In this document: positions 51,053 through 64,000 of the stretch, piece after piece
How positions within the stretch are numbered: position 1 is the stretch's first letter
How the letters are laid out: each line of letters begins with the position of its first letter
Assembly: GCA_013265495.1 (NCBI GenBank)
Contig: MU058418.1
Coordinates: 186,001 to 250,000, forward strand
DNA from: Vicugna vicugna
Taxonomy: Eukaryota
Direction: 5' to 3'
Length of the DNA: 64,000 bases
Notes under the pieces: generated by a model
What the model was told of the DNA's origin: nothing
Databases searched by the model: none
The model's input: only the letters and a program-made list of their open reading frames with translations
Program-made: the position numbers and the translations under genes

Positions 51053-53684
51053 TGCAGTAAGTAAATTTAAGTTATGGTGTGCAGTTCATGATATAAAGGA
51101 GGAAGGCAAGCAGGGAAACAGCATTAAAATGTGAGAAGTGAGAAGTAATACAAATAGTAGAGCCATGCTAATTAATTTGAGAAAGGAAAGGTTGTGAGTG
51201 TAGCTTAATTCTTTGAGGATGATGCTGTTTTCTTATTCATTTGAAGACTTAAAAAAAATCCAAACAAAACAAGACAATAACAAAACACACTGTCTCACAC
51301 TGTTATAGCATGGAAGATTTGAGTCAGATAAAGATTATTTTGTTTCCCTTCAAACAAACCCTGGGAGTTCCCTTCTCTCAAGTCTTTGAAGAAGCAAAGC
51401 TGGCTTCTCATTTCCTAGGAAATGGCTTCTCCATGGTCTTAACCAGGAACAGAACCCATGACAACTGACTGAGGGCCTTTCCTGTCCTAGGAAACTGTGA
51501 ACCTCACGGAAAGGAAGAAGTTGTCCTATTGAAGTGTGGCTGGCTGAGAACTTACCGTGAAGCAAGAGGAAAATACAGGAAAATACACAGAACTATGACT
51601 CCATCCTGGGCATCATCTTGCAGAAATGGGAACCACCAACTGAAAAGATTAATCATTCAAGTTGAAGAATTTTAAGGGAGTTTATTCCAGTTTCAGCCTG
51701 CTGTGGAGAGCCTGCAGGGGCACTATTTTTCCAAGACAAAGACTTTCTTAGCAGCAGGTTGGGAGGTTGACTTATGAAGTATTTACCATATACCCATTTA
51801 CACCAGAGAAACCAATCAGGAATAGAATTCAAGATGCCTTGTTTAGAATTTAAAGTTACTTATTAATAGTGCTTATGAAGACTGCAACACTATGGAAAAA
51901 TGTTTATGATGCATTATGTGCAAACAGCAGGACCCAAAGTTAAATTTATACTATAATTACAATCATGCAAAAAAAGATACGTAAGGCAGAAAAGGTTGGA
52001 AGAAATACGAATGAAATGGTGATACTGACTATGTTAGTGTGTTGAGATTGAGAATGATTAATTTTTCCTTGTTTCCAAAGTTTGTTTAAAGTGTTTCTTT
52101 ACTGAAACGCAACAAAAAGTGAAATTTTCCCAACCGTCAAGGCAGTGGGGAGCCCACGCGTTTGCTCATAGGACATACAGTGACCGGTACACTGTCAGTC
52201 TTAGAAGTGGGCAGATCTCATTGAGAGAAAGCTGATGTAGCTTTTCCACGAAGATGGAATCAGCATCTACAAAAAGAAAGATGAAGAATGAAAGCCTGAG
52301 AAACTTCCTCTTTCTATGGAAGAGAAAGAAATAGGTATCTAGGAAGAGCATTCCTCCACCAGTAGAGGTTTAAAACCTGGCACTTCAGGGCTCCAAGGGC
52401 TGGGGGGTGAGCTGAAGGGAGGGGCGGATCCACCATCAGTTCTGCCCTCTGGACTCTCCTAGGGTGACCATCTTTTTCAGAAGTATGTATCTAAGAAATA
52501 TCTCCTTAGTGGAAAGGCAGGCCCCATTCTGAAAGAATAAAACACGTAATCTGAGAAGGGATTAGAAGTAGGAAACAGAGAAAGAGGTATATGCTTTTCT
52601 TGCTAGACTGCCTGTGGTTTTAAAAGTGCAAACAATAATGGAAACTATTCATAATAATGGAGTGACAATTGTGTCCTCACAGTTAAACAGATTAGAAAAT
52701 CAACCCAATCCATCTCTGCCCTTTTGAGTTTTAGCAAAGGTGTGGCATGCCCTCTCCAGATTAAGAGGCAGTCATTACAGATTCTAAAGATAAATCCTGG
52801 AGCTTCTATTGGTCAGAAAGGTGAGACCTTAACAGCAGGATTTCAAAGTAGGAAGACAAAGGACGGGGCAGGAAAGAATCTTCTTAAAACTAAGAACTCT
52901 AGGAAGGAGCTTGAAAAGCATTTTCTGAAAAGCTAGTTTCTCTTTATCAGTGATGGATCTGCTGATTACAGAGTCTTAAATAAGAAAGAAAAAACAGTAT
53001 CCTTCAGCTGCAATTTTGTTGGTCAAACAAAATTCCCCCAAACCCACTTGCTCAAGAGATCTGTGTTATAGAGACTTGTGGTTTTTTTTTTTTTTTTTTT
53101 AAAAATCTGGTCACCTGAGTTCAATATGTTGCAGGTACTGAGCCTTAAAAAAGGTGTACATCTTTTGGGAGCACTTTGCACTAATGTATTCGTCTTTTAC
53201 CCCAAGTCTGTAGGTGTCACCTGCATCCTGGGCTATAGCAACAATACTGAAATAGGTAAGATAAAGTCTCAAATATTAGAGAATGAGACCTGGACCAGGC
53301 AAACAATGTCACTGATAAAACTTATTTTTAAGTGTGACCATGTTATATGAGCAAGAAAACATGAAGATTTACTGTTATCATCAAAAGTTTAATGAGAGTC
53401 ACAATCCTTATTTTCTTTCAGAGTAACCATGAATGGCAAATAACTCGCTATCTAATCAATATCTATCTAACTGATATTGTTTTTGGAATCAGTTTTTCTA
53501 AGTTGGGGAATTTAAAAGAAGTCAGCTTAGTGGGGCAGGCAACTGCTTGGAAGTTTCTGGGGAAATACAATTTAAATATTTAGAAAAGAATGTCTCTAGG
53601 GGTGGGACTATGAAAGATGTGTGAGAAGAGAAGGAAGGGTTGTCAGAGGAGGGGGAGGAATCAGAGCTGAGGTGGGCACAGGCG

Positions 53685-54330
53685 CTGGGCATAGGGGGCG
53701 CCAGGGGGGCTGCGGTCAGCAGGGGGAAATGCTGTGGGGAGGTCCGCATGCAGGGCCGCGGCTGGCGGGTTTCACGGCGAGGCCACCATCTGGGAATGTT
53801 AAAGGAGGCGTCTCGGGAACGGTGCAGTGTGACCCGGCAGATGTGCTGAGTGTCTCCAGCGCTAGCGCCGGTCCAGACGGTCGGGGCCCGGGAGTGAATG
53901 ACCAATTGCCAGGGTTAAGGAGTTAGTGGACTGTGAGAAGCTGTGTTGCTTATGCTAGGAGGGAAAAAACAAGTGGAAGGAGAAATAGGGGAAGTGAGGG
54001 ATTTCATTTTGGGGAGAACTGAGCACATTCACCAGCAGAGGAGACACGAGACAAGAATAGGGACATGGAGGAACACAGGAGGCTACAGGCTCGAGAACTC
54101 TGGAAAGAGAAGCAAAGGAAGAGAGAACGAGGAGCTATCTGGAAGGATTTTCAAGGCGGGAGGTGGTGTGTGAGGGCGAGCCAGTCAGTCAGAGGCGGCC
54201 CTCTCCGCATCTGTGAACGGGGGAGACGTCTCACCCGCCGAGAGCGGCTGTGGGATTTGAACGAGACGGCATTGCCTAGGCGCTTCGCAGGGCGCCTGGC
54301 ACACGCAGAGCCCTCACGCTTGCAGCCTTT
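53685..54330. promoter_or_regulatory. Small orphan CpG-rich island between PDSS2 3' end and BEND3 promoter
   Basis: Sharp local rise in CpG and GC within AT-rich intergenic DNA; no convincing ORF. Confidence 0.45.
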
Positions 54331-54599
54331 GTTATCCTTGAAGACAAGACTGACAGGGAGGAAGAAGAGTGCAGGAGGGCTCAGGGGTCTGAAGTGGGTG
54401 AGGTTTGGAGGTCCAGGTGGAGGGAAACAGGACAGTGGCTAACGAATGAATTCTTCCCTCTACCAAGAAACTGGGGGTGGGAGAGATGCAGAGAAGGTGA
54501 AGGAGGAGACAGTGAAGGTCACTAGCTCTGCCTCGTCAGTACCGTCCCTGGCAGGACTCAGGCAGGAGGCCAAAAAGTGTAATTAAGCATGTCTTGCTG

Positions 54600-54747
54600 G
54601 GGGGGTATAGCTCAGTGGTTAGAGCACATGCTTAGCATGCACAAAGTCCTGATTTCAGTTCCCAGTACCTCCATTAAAATAACTAAATAAATAAACCTAA
54701 TTAACTCCCCCGCAAAAACCAAACCAAACCAAAACAAAAAAACCCAC
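54600..54747 (+). mobile_element. tRNA-Ala-derived camelid SINE with 15-bp TSD
   Basis: GGGGGTATAGCTCAGTGG...TACCTCCA plus an A-rich tail. TSD aagcatgtcttgctg at 54585-54599 and 54748-54762. Confidence 0.93.
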
Positions 54748-54849
54748 AAGCATGTCTTGCTGCCCCAAATTTCTCCCTAGAGATTATGTGAAATTATAAG
54801 GCCTTAATATGAATTAATAAATAAGTACCCCTGAAGAAGGGGCATGGAG

Positions 54850-56985
54850 AAGACTGTCCGTATTTAATGCTTCTAGTGAATTACCCAATATACTAGGTTT
54901 AACAAAAGCAGAGCTGTCACTTAACAGTTAGGGTGGGGCTGCTATTCCGAGGAGCCACGGTGGCAAGGCACAGGAGAGGGAATGGAGGACTGGAAGGCGG
55001 CTGAGAAGATGAAAGGGAGGTAGGAGAGGTCCCAAAGAAAGCTGAAAGCCAGATGTTGAAACCAAGTGTCCAGGGTTACAAGTCATAAAAAGGAGAGCTG
55101 GGAATTCTTTATGTCATGTATGAGGCAGATTGGCCAGATATTTTCCATTAAGTTTTATGCATCCCTTCATAGCCTTACTCTTCCCTGGATCTCACAAAGC
55201 ACTTTATCTAGAGAGTCAGAAATGGTAAACCTGTTAGAAAAGAAAACAAAGCTGGAAGGGACTTCATACATTCTTTTGTTCAATCTTACTTTACAGGTGA
55301 GGAAATTGAGGCTCAGAGGGAAGTGACTCACTTAAGGTCACACAGCAAACCAGCAGCTAAACCAGAATCAGAAGAGCCCTAGAATCCTGCCTGTGTCCTA
55401 CCGTTTCCAACCATCTGCTTAATAAAACCTACAGCTTGCTTAAGTTCCTGCACAGCCAGAGAACACAAAGCATGACTCCTCCTTTGTGGACGTTAATGAT
55501 TAAAACCTACTCTGATCTAAAGCATCTAACCATAGTTACTAATTAAGCCAGTTTCTGTGAGAAAAGACATTTCAAACAGAAGAGTGGAGTGTTCTCTCCA
55601 GCGAAATCTGTAGGCCTTCAAATTGGCATAGCATAAACTGTACAATTACAATATTTCAAGTATGCTTAAAAGTATTTCATAATATAATACCTTAACCTCT
55701 ATAGCTAACGTTTTCTTTTCACTGCAGGCCACATGCTGGGTCCTGATAAAACGGTTTTGTAACTTTTGGTGAAGAAACTGAACTAAAATGACTTCACTGA
55801 CTGTTTGAGTGAACAAGGTAATAAAATCTGTTTGCTGTGTTCACTGTCTCCAGATAGGGCTGTAATTACACCACATAAGGCAGAAAGGTAGCTGAGTCTC
55901 AATCTAGATCATTTATGTAAACTCAGCCTTCTTGTCAACGGTGTTCTCATATTGCGTGCAGGCAAACCACAAAAATCATCTCCTGTGAACCACATAGAGA
56001 TAGTGTCCGATTGCAGGCCTGTGAAATTGCTTATATTCTTTCTGTACTTGGATGTCTGTGGTTCAAGACCAAAATTTGACATTCTAAGGTTAAAAAAAAT
56101 CACCAATGAATTCCTCAGTAGAACAATTATATATCTGACACTTGTAAAAATTAAAGGTATTCTCTATACCAAACTATCACAAATCAGCACATTTACTTGA
56201 AAAAAAAGCATCTTTTTCAGTTTAAGAAACAAAACCCAAAACACAAGTTTGGTGGTTTGGAATGTGTTTGGAAAAAAATTCGGTCTTCCAGAAAGAAAAA
56301 CAGGCAATTCCTATTATAACCAAGTTAACATTTGATAACATTTTAATCTCCTAGTTCAAATATTTGGCATTATCTTTTCAGCAATTTCCGCTCCCCTCCC
56401 CCAATCTTACAAAAACCAAGAAGCACAAAGTATATTCATACTGTATCTATAAATACAGCGACATAACTGCAAGAAGACAAAGCAAGTTTTTTCCTCACTC
56501 ACTGAACTACCCTCCGTTATGACAAATTGGTCACTAGTTTTGGATCTGACAGTCCTCCCCGACTGGCATTGATAGTGTTTCTCTTGACACCTGCAGCTTC
56601 CAGCTTGCTCTGTCCTCTCTAGAAGGAAAACCACAGGCCACCGCCCTGGCGCCATCCTTGGCTCAGTCCAATCAATAAGGACTTATTTCCTGTCCATTTG
56701 CTGAGGTCACAGGAGCGAATCTCATTAATTATTTCTGCTACTGCAGCCTCAAGTGTGCTTCTGGCATGACAACTGAAAACTGCTTGACCTTTTTTTCTTC
56801 TAATTTTGTTTGTAGCAGTTCCAAAAAAGAAGGCAGTATTCATTTAGCAATGTGATAAAAAGAAAAAAAAGTATATGTTGTTAAAGTCATTTACACATTT
56901 AGATATTCCATCATGAAAGCTCTCCTGATCACCTCATTCCCCAGTTTTTTCAGCTAACGAACAATAGTGTCTTTTTAATTTGGTG
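54850..56985 (-). other. PDSS2: PDSS2 3' UTR (end uncertain; ATTAAA candidates at 56342-56347 and 54863-54868)
   Basis: Sequence downstream of the PDSS2 stop with variant poly(A) hexamers; the 56342 site is followed by U-rich sequence. Confidence 0.45.
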
Positions 56986-57147
<162 letters not shown>

Positions 57148-57889
57148 TTAAGAAACAAATGTACAATAAAAGTCAGTTTTTTTAATTTAACAATTAAATT
57201 GGGGAAGGGAGGTAGAAAACAAAGAAGGCAAGAAACAGTATAGGTTCACTGTATCTGCCACGTTCTTTTGAGGTTAAAGAGGACATCATTCCCCAATGAT
57301 TTTGAGGCACTAACATTCCCTAAGGCTGCTAGGTGTCAGCCCTCCAGAGCAGCACAATAGGCTCCAATCAGCCTAATTACACTTCCTCCCCCAACTCCCG
57401 CCCCTTGATACCTAGAAATGGGCCCTGCTTGGGGGTGGCGGTGATGAAGGCGGAGGGCATTCACATCTCTGGCATTTTGAATTCAGCAGCCTGATACTCT
57501 CTTGTGAGGAAGGCTTCATTAACATCCTAGTTAATAACTGATTTTTTAATACTGTATGTTGACACAATAGTCTATATGAAAATTCAAGAAAGACACATAG
57601 TATTAGATCTGAACACTACAGTTTTAAAGCTATAAGACTTTGGGAAGAATGAATTAAAACACTGTGAAGAATAAAGTCAATTCATGCCAACAGAGTTGAT
57701 TTTGAATCCCTCTCCTTGACGACTTGAAAGGCCCAATACAATGGCTATATTTTAGAGTTGAAAAATATTTCTAATAATTTGGTCTGTCTACTTCCCCTTG
57801 CCCAGATTCCATCTTTTCTTTCTCAGTGAACACCTCTGATGTCTGCTTCACTCCCTAAACCAGAAACCCGGGAGTCCTCCTGCATCCGG

Positions 57890-58230
57890 TCAGGCACCAC
57901 GGCAGCACCAGTGTTGCTCAGCCATGACAGAACTTTCTGGCCCACACAGGTTGGGTGGGGTCATGTGACAAGTTCTAGTCCATGAGCTGTGAATGACGCA
58001 CGTCACTTCTGGGCTGTAGCATTTAACAGTCCACCTGAGTCCCTCCAGAGCTTCCACTCTGGTACACCAACCAGTCACATGGGAGATCCTCAGGCTGGAT
58101 ACCAGAGTGACCACAATGAGCACCATGGTGCCTCTCTAGCCGCACAGGACAGGCAGTGTGGGCAAGAAACACATCTTTGTTGTCTGAAGCCACAGAGATT
58201 GTGAGGTTGTCTGTGGCCATCCTGACAGAT
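57890..58230 (+). mobile_element. Old MLT1 (I/J-like) LTR inserted into an L2 remnant
   Basis: ggggtcatgtgacaagttctagtcc...tcacttctgggctg...ttgtctgaagccacagagatt. Confidence 0.65.
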
Positions 58231-60088
58231 GCAGTCACTAAGTCCTAGCAATTCTGTCTCACACAGAGCTCTCAAATTATCCTCTGCTCTTCACTCTCAC
58301 TGCCACGACATTAGTTCAGGCTATCATCATGCCTCGCCTGGGTTGTTTTTTGCAATCACCTCCCAAAGAGTCTTCCCACCACCAGTTCTTTGCTCCTGGA
58401 CTCCATCCGTCACGCTGCCAAGGAGATCTTTATAAAATGCAAATGTGATCTTGCTTAAAACCCTCCACTGCCTTCCAATAGCCTTAAGAAAAAAAATAAA
58501 GTCCCGGCACTTTCATGAGGCATGGAAGTCCCTTCCCTATCTAGTTCTTTCTCAGCCTGTTTTTTCCCCTTTTCTGTCTTTCATCATTATTTAGGGAAAC
58601 TACCTGCAGCTATCAGCTCCCTTGAGACAGTCTCCACACACTCCTCTCTCCCCATCAAGCTTCCCAAATTCCACTTGGGTGGAATGAACTCAGCGAGGAT
58701 GACACCCTAAGGAGCTAGGTGCCCTTCTTCCTTGGGGCCCTGGCGTGCCCTGTGCATATGTGGAGTGCAGCATTATTATACAGTGTTGTATCTTAATTCT
58801 CTATCACTTGTATATCTCTTTATTAGACTGTGCTACTGGATAGTGCATGAAACATAAAGGAATAAAGGAATTAACCTGCCTGCTTTATTCCTCTAATTAA
58901 AGAGATGAGAGAACAGAAGTTCAGAGTAAAAGCTCAGTGGCTCTCCCAAGATCATAGCTGGATAGTGACAAAGCTGTGATCAGAAGCCAGTTTTCTTAAC
59001 ACCCATCCAGTGGCACTCAATATTATACTCCACCAGATGCTCAGTATTCTAAAGATATTTCCTCTCTGCATATAAACTTTGGGACTGCTTCAGCCTAGGG
59101 TTCCCTGGTCTCCTGCCATCACTGAATGCTTGAAGGCACTAAAATGGTGCTGGGTGTCAGAGGTCGCCAGGTTCAAACTCCCATTCTAGCTTTATAATCT
59201 GAGGGAGGCCAAAACCGCTCTGAGTTCTAGATGGGGATAACACCACTCCCTTGTAGGACTAGTGAGGGCACTATATGAGACAGCACAGAGTGCCTGATAG
59301 TGTCTAAAACACTATAGGTATTCAGAATGACTTAGTTCTTCTTCCTCCTCAGCCCTTAAGCTGTTGACCAGAGAGCTCTCCATCCAAGGGTCCAATCAAC
59401 CAAGATCAAGTCTATTTTAGCTTGATATACAACAATTTCAAAGGTAGCTGAACTTGGATCAGGGCAGCCTTAAAGATTTAAAAAAAAAAAAAAGGAAAGA
59501 AAGAAAGAAAGAACATGCCCCTATTTTCATTATCTTTAATTCCTCCAAATCTAAATTAGACAGGCCAGCATTCTCTACTTGGGATTTCTAGGTTGGTACC
59601 TGCAGGCATGTGGATACCTGCATGACTAGATTTCAATTTAAAATATTAACTGAGCACCTATTATGTATAAAGAGTATAAAGAACCTTCTCTGCTTTATGG
59701 ATCAGGAACTAATAAAGGGTATACTGTGAAAAGCAGCAAAGCCAAGGCACAAATGTAGGACTACAGATGATCAGAGAAATGAGAGAGCAATTTTGATTAG
59801 AAGAGATTCAAGAAGGCCTTACAGGTACGTGGGATTTGAGGCACGTCTTGAGAATGTTAATAAGTAGTTATGGTGTCACAGTAGCAAGAAAGTTATAGGA
59901 AAAGAGAATAGCTTGAGCAAAGGCACAGAAAGACCAGAGCGAAGTGTCCAGGGAATGGAAACAGACTGGTGTGATGTATCTTGCAGGAGCAGGTGTTAGG
60001 GGATCAGGAAGGCTCTGGAAACCAACCTAAGAACTTTATTAAAATTTTTGATTATCATCAAATATTTTAAAAGTTGAAAGATTAGCAC

Positions 60089-60317
60089 AAGAGTTGGTAA
60101 ACTATGGCCCCAGGCCAAATCTGGCCCCCTTTGTTTTTCTAAATAAAGTTTTGTTGGAACCTAACCATGTCCGTTCATTTAAATGTTATTGTCTGTGGTT
60201 GCTTTTGAGCTATGACGGCAGAGTGGCAGAGCTGAGCTACTGCCACAGAGACGATATGGACTGCAAGCCTGTAACATCTACATTCTGGCCTTTACAGAAA
60301 AAGTCTGTGGGCTTCTG
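60089..60317. mobile_element. MER58A-like hAT-Charlie element
   Basis: gttggtaaactatggccc...ggccaaatctggcc...aaataaagttttgttggaac...tggcctttacagaaaaagt. Confidence 0.82.
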
Positions 60318-60442
60318 GACTAGCACGGTTAATGAACACAGATCCTCTACTTAGATTCAACAACCATTAATATTTTGTTATTTTTTGTTCTGTCTACTTG
60401 TATGCGCGTGTTTTCTGAATCATTTGAAAGTAAGCTGTTAGC

Positions 60443-60630
60443 ATGGGTATGCTGGTAAATTAGGTCTCCAGAGGAGGGAAGAAGCCCTCCCTGGAGCATG
60501 TGCAGATTTCTGTAGTATAAATACTCCCATCATGGCTGATTTCAAGCTATTAAGGGTTGTGGAATCACAAAATTCTTGAATATTTAACGATAGGCTCTGA
60601 GTTGGTGGGACTTGACTTGGACACACCGTG
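60443..60630 (-). mobile_element. MER63-like hAT-Blackjack element
   Basis: tgctggtaaat...taaatactcccatcatggctgatttcaagcta. Confidence 0.7.
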
Positions 60631-63600
60631 GGCTACAGGATGCTTCACCTTTGTTTTGACCCTAAGATAAGAACATTCTCTTCCATGACCAGAATACTAT
60701 TATCACAGCTAGGAAAGTTAATAGTAATACTCTATTATCTAATATCTAGTCCACATGCAAATTTCCCTAGTTGGCTCCCAAATGCCTTTTTTTTAGCCAT
60801 CCTCTCTAAACTGTAAGGAATTCTGGTTCACACACTGCATTAATTTGTTATGACACTTTAAACTTTTCCCCCTATGATACTGCCGTTTTGAAAGGACCAA
60901 GCTGTGTGGTACAATGTTCTACATTCTCCGTTTCTCTGATTGCTACACTTAGTTTGGTACGCTATAAACTTTATTCAGCCAGGCTCAACTCAATATTTGA
61001 TGGCAACCTATATCATATTTAACCATACAATGAAGGGTAATTCAGGTTAGGGCAAAATAGCACCCAGGAGGACATCACTAAAAGTTACTCAAGCCCTAGA
61101 AGAGTTAATTCCTCTCCCCCAATGACTGTTGTACTTCCTGTTAATACTCCAATCTGCTCTCCACAGGGTTAGGCTCACAGGACTTCCCATACCAAGGACT
61201 GATAGCTTCCATGTGTAAAATGCCCATTTCAGGACTCAGCAGTAATCTAGTCCCTCACGGAAGGTATTATTCCTCACAGACTTCTGTATACACCTCCACC
61301 AACTAAACATAAACTGCTGGCTCAAAGGAAATCCTTTAGCTATAATTAATAGAAAATAGATGAGACTTATTTTTATTATAAATTAGAATAGGTCATGAGC
61401 TTATACCGAAAAAAGCCAATCTTGCCCTTTGTAAATAAATGTGACAAAAGACACATTAAGCCAGAGTTCCTAAACTCAGCTGATCATAAGATTCATTGGG
61501 GAAGCTCTAAAATGTAGATGCTGAGGGCCTCATCCCTGGCGATGGATTCAATAAAGCCTTACAAAAAAAGGCTTCTAAGGTCATGCCGGTGATTAGCCAG
61601 ATTCAGGAATACCTCACTCACTGGGGCACGTTTTTGAGATACTGTACTTTAAAATTGTTATTTTAAGTTTATACTGTTTTAACCATACTTCCAATGAGTT
61701 GTCTTTGTGACGATCAAATTAATTTCAGCAAGCATTTATTGGGCACTTTTATGACCTGGGTATATAGTCGGGGCTGTAGGTATAGAAACACAGGTGGTGC
61801 CTCCCAGGACCACCTGTTACAGGGCTGGTCATAGGGCTGCAGAACCAGAGAGGCTTGAATGGAACGTTGAGGGACTGGACCCATGACCTTGGTTCTAACA
61901 GCTGCAAGAGAAAAGACCATAATTGAAAAAAAAAATTCTTTCCACTTTTGCCTTCACCTACATGTTGACTGGGCAAATTCCAAATTGATGTATAGGTAGA
62001 ACTTTCCATTTAGGATGTGCTCAAAAGTGCCAGTATGCCCACTCTGGCCTTTATGACATGAAAAACACATTAGCTGTAGGATAAAAAAAAAAAGTGAATT
62101 ATAAGCCTGCATTTTATTTTCCTGATATAGCACTTTAGGGCAATAATATAATTAAATCTCTAATTAAGTCAACTGAATAATTGTAGAAGTATAGCATCAC
62201 CTGAAATAAATTAAGTCCAAGTCCCCTGCTACAGGATCCAATTAAAGATATTAACACAGAGAGAAGAGGATGCGATGTACCTAAAGTTAAGTGCATTATT
62301 ATTTAACATTTATTAAAAGGTGTTATTAAACACCTTTTCAGTGATAAATGTTACTTTTATGAAACCCTTCCGAGAAATCATTGTTATGTGTCCGAAAACT
62401 ATTTGGTACAAAAGTCCTCTCTAAATATTAAAGGCAAGCCCCTGTTGTAGGGTCTAAGTAGCCTTAGAAGATGTGGAGGCAGCAGCTACTTCTCTCTGAT
62501 GAAACCAAAGAAAGACTTCAGACCTAGAAGAAACCTCAAACACAATCTTATCTTTTCACTTCGTTTTGCAGAAGATACTGGGATGAGAAACGCTAAGTAA
62601 TGTGGAGAAGAGTCAATAGCAAATTTGAGAAACAGCCTGGACTTCATTCCTGTGCATTTAGAGCTCTTCCCCTCTATGGCACTGGAAAAGATTCAGATAT
62701 AACCCCGTTTTCCTTCACCCAACCAGAGTGCTTAGAGAGAACAGGGATACTAAAACTCAACTGGAACACAGAGTAGACCTTGTTCAGAAGAAACTGTGTA
62801 ATAGAGAGTAAGGGAGTATGAAACAATATGTTAAAGTTCTTTGTTTTTTAAATGGTTGAAAACAGCGGGATATGGGTAAAAGGAAACAAATGGAAGCCAT
62901 GCTGTCATGGGAAGAGACTACCTACCTCCCAATCAAGTGGTAGAAGTGGACCATGCTGTCTTAATAGAGATTATGAAGCTGGCAGAAATGACACTTCAAC
63001 TTCTGAACATCTGCTAACTCATTCTATAGCTGAAAAATGCTTGATATACCTGACTTTTTACTTAGTTATGTCAACATAATTGGATTATCAAGGTGACAGG
63101 AATTAACAAAAATTAATACCATTGGCGGTATTAGAATCAGTCCTTAGAAAGGACTAGCAGGCAGCACCCAGACTATAAGTTAGGAAAGCACACTGCAGAA
63201 ATAAGTTTAGTGAAAAGATTGCCATGATTCCACGAGTCTGTAACTAGAAATATAGTTCGAAGGTGATGGAAGCCTCTGAAAAACTAAATTCCAACTATGG
63301 TCATTATTAATTATGAAAGTGACCAAAATAAGTGGCTACTGAATAAGCTCTCTCAGGGCTCAAATTTGAAAAGGCAGAGGTGTGAAAGGAGGAGCCCATC
63401 ATCCCCCCTTTGCTCAGCATCTGCCCTGCACGGAGCAATACTGAGGAGATCGGACAACATTCCTGGTTTGAAGGAGCTGACAAAAGAGAGGCAGGAAGCT
63501 GTAAAAATTGTGTGGGAATCTATCCATAGGTCTGTATTATCACCAGGACACTGGCCACAAATGTTTTCAAAGTGCCGTTCCTCATAGAAAATGTTCAGAA

Positions 63601-64000
63601 ACAAACAGCCTGGTCAGAAGCTGCTAAAGACTGATGGGTGTCCATGGGGGAAGGAGATGGTGATAAAAATAAGGGGCTTCAAAATGTAAAGTCTGTATGT
63701 CCAGTAAAAACAAGTATATGTAAATATTTGCAAAAGATTACTGATTACTGAAAAAAGACAAAGGAAACAGAACAATTGAAGAATGAGTTAAAGACTAAAA
63801 TAAATTCCATGAAGAGGGGCCTTTAAAGATGAAATACGCATTCAAATAGCCCATTACAGGTTGTCAAGGAGGCCTTGGATGCAGCTACCATCCTGGATTC
63901 TGGTGTCCTTTGCTTTCCAAGACCACCTCCATCCTCCCATTCCAAACACAGTATTTCCTCTCGGACAAATAACTTGTGGCACCCACTGAGGGCCCTCCCT

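Noticed and set aside
54601..54673. Functional tRNA-Ala(AGC) gene
   Set aside because: T arm/B box and anticodon stem are disrupted; an A-rich tail and TSD replace a T-run terminator, so it is a SINE.
55886..55931. Small hairpin gctgagt...actcagc in the PDSS2 3' UTR
   Set aside because: A 7-bp stem is expected by chance; no SECIS, IRE or snoRNA features.

Overview
Mammalian genomic DNA, most likely camelid: it carries seven tRNA-Ala-derived Vic-1-type SINEs and cetartiodactyl-type L1 3' ends. It contains the complete BEND3 gene on the minus strand, with a CpG-island promoter and non-coding first exon(s) at about 31.9-33.9 kb. Three coding exons (18665-18701, 17976-18178, 5045-7291) splice through canonical GT-AG sites into an 828-aa protein with four BEN domains, followed by a 3' UTR of about 3-4 kb. 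About 24 kb upstream on the same strand lies the terminal coding exon of PDSS2 (56986-57144, absent from the ORF track); 57145-64000 is PDSS2 intron. The rest is intronic or intergenic DNA with ordinary repeats (L1, L2, MIR, MLT1, LTR16, MER/Charlie/Tigger) and a 17-N gap. I see no clearly novel gene system. The best leads are possible layers of BEND3 regulation: a 34-bp intronic mosaic copy of two pieces of exon 4, a spliced uORF overlapping the start codon, a candidate poison exon, miRNA sites divided by alternative poly(A) signals, and BEND3-type motifs in its own locus. All repeat-family, gene and motif names come from recalled consensus sequences, not database searches, and repeat boundaries are approximate.
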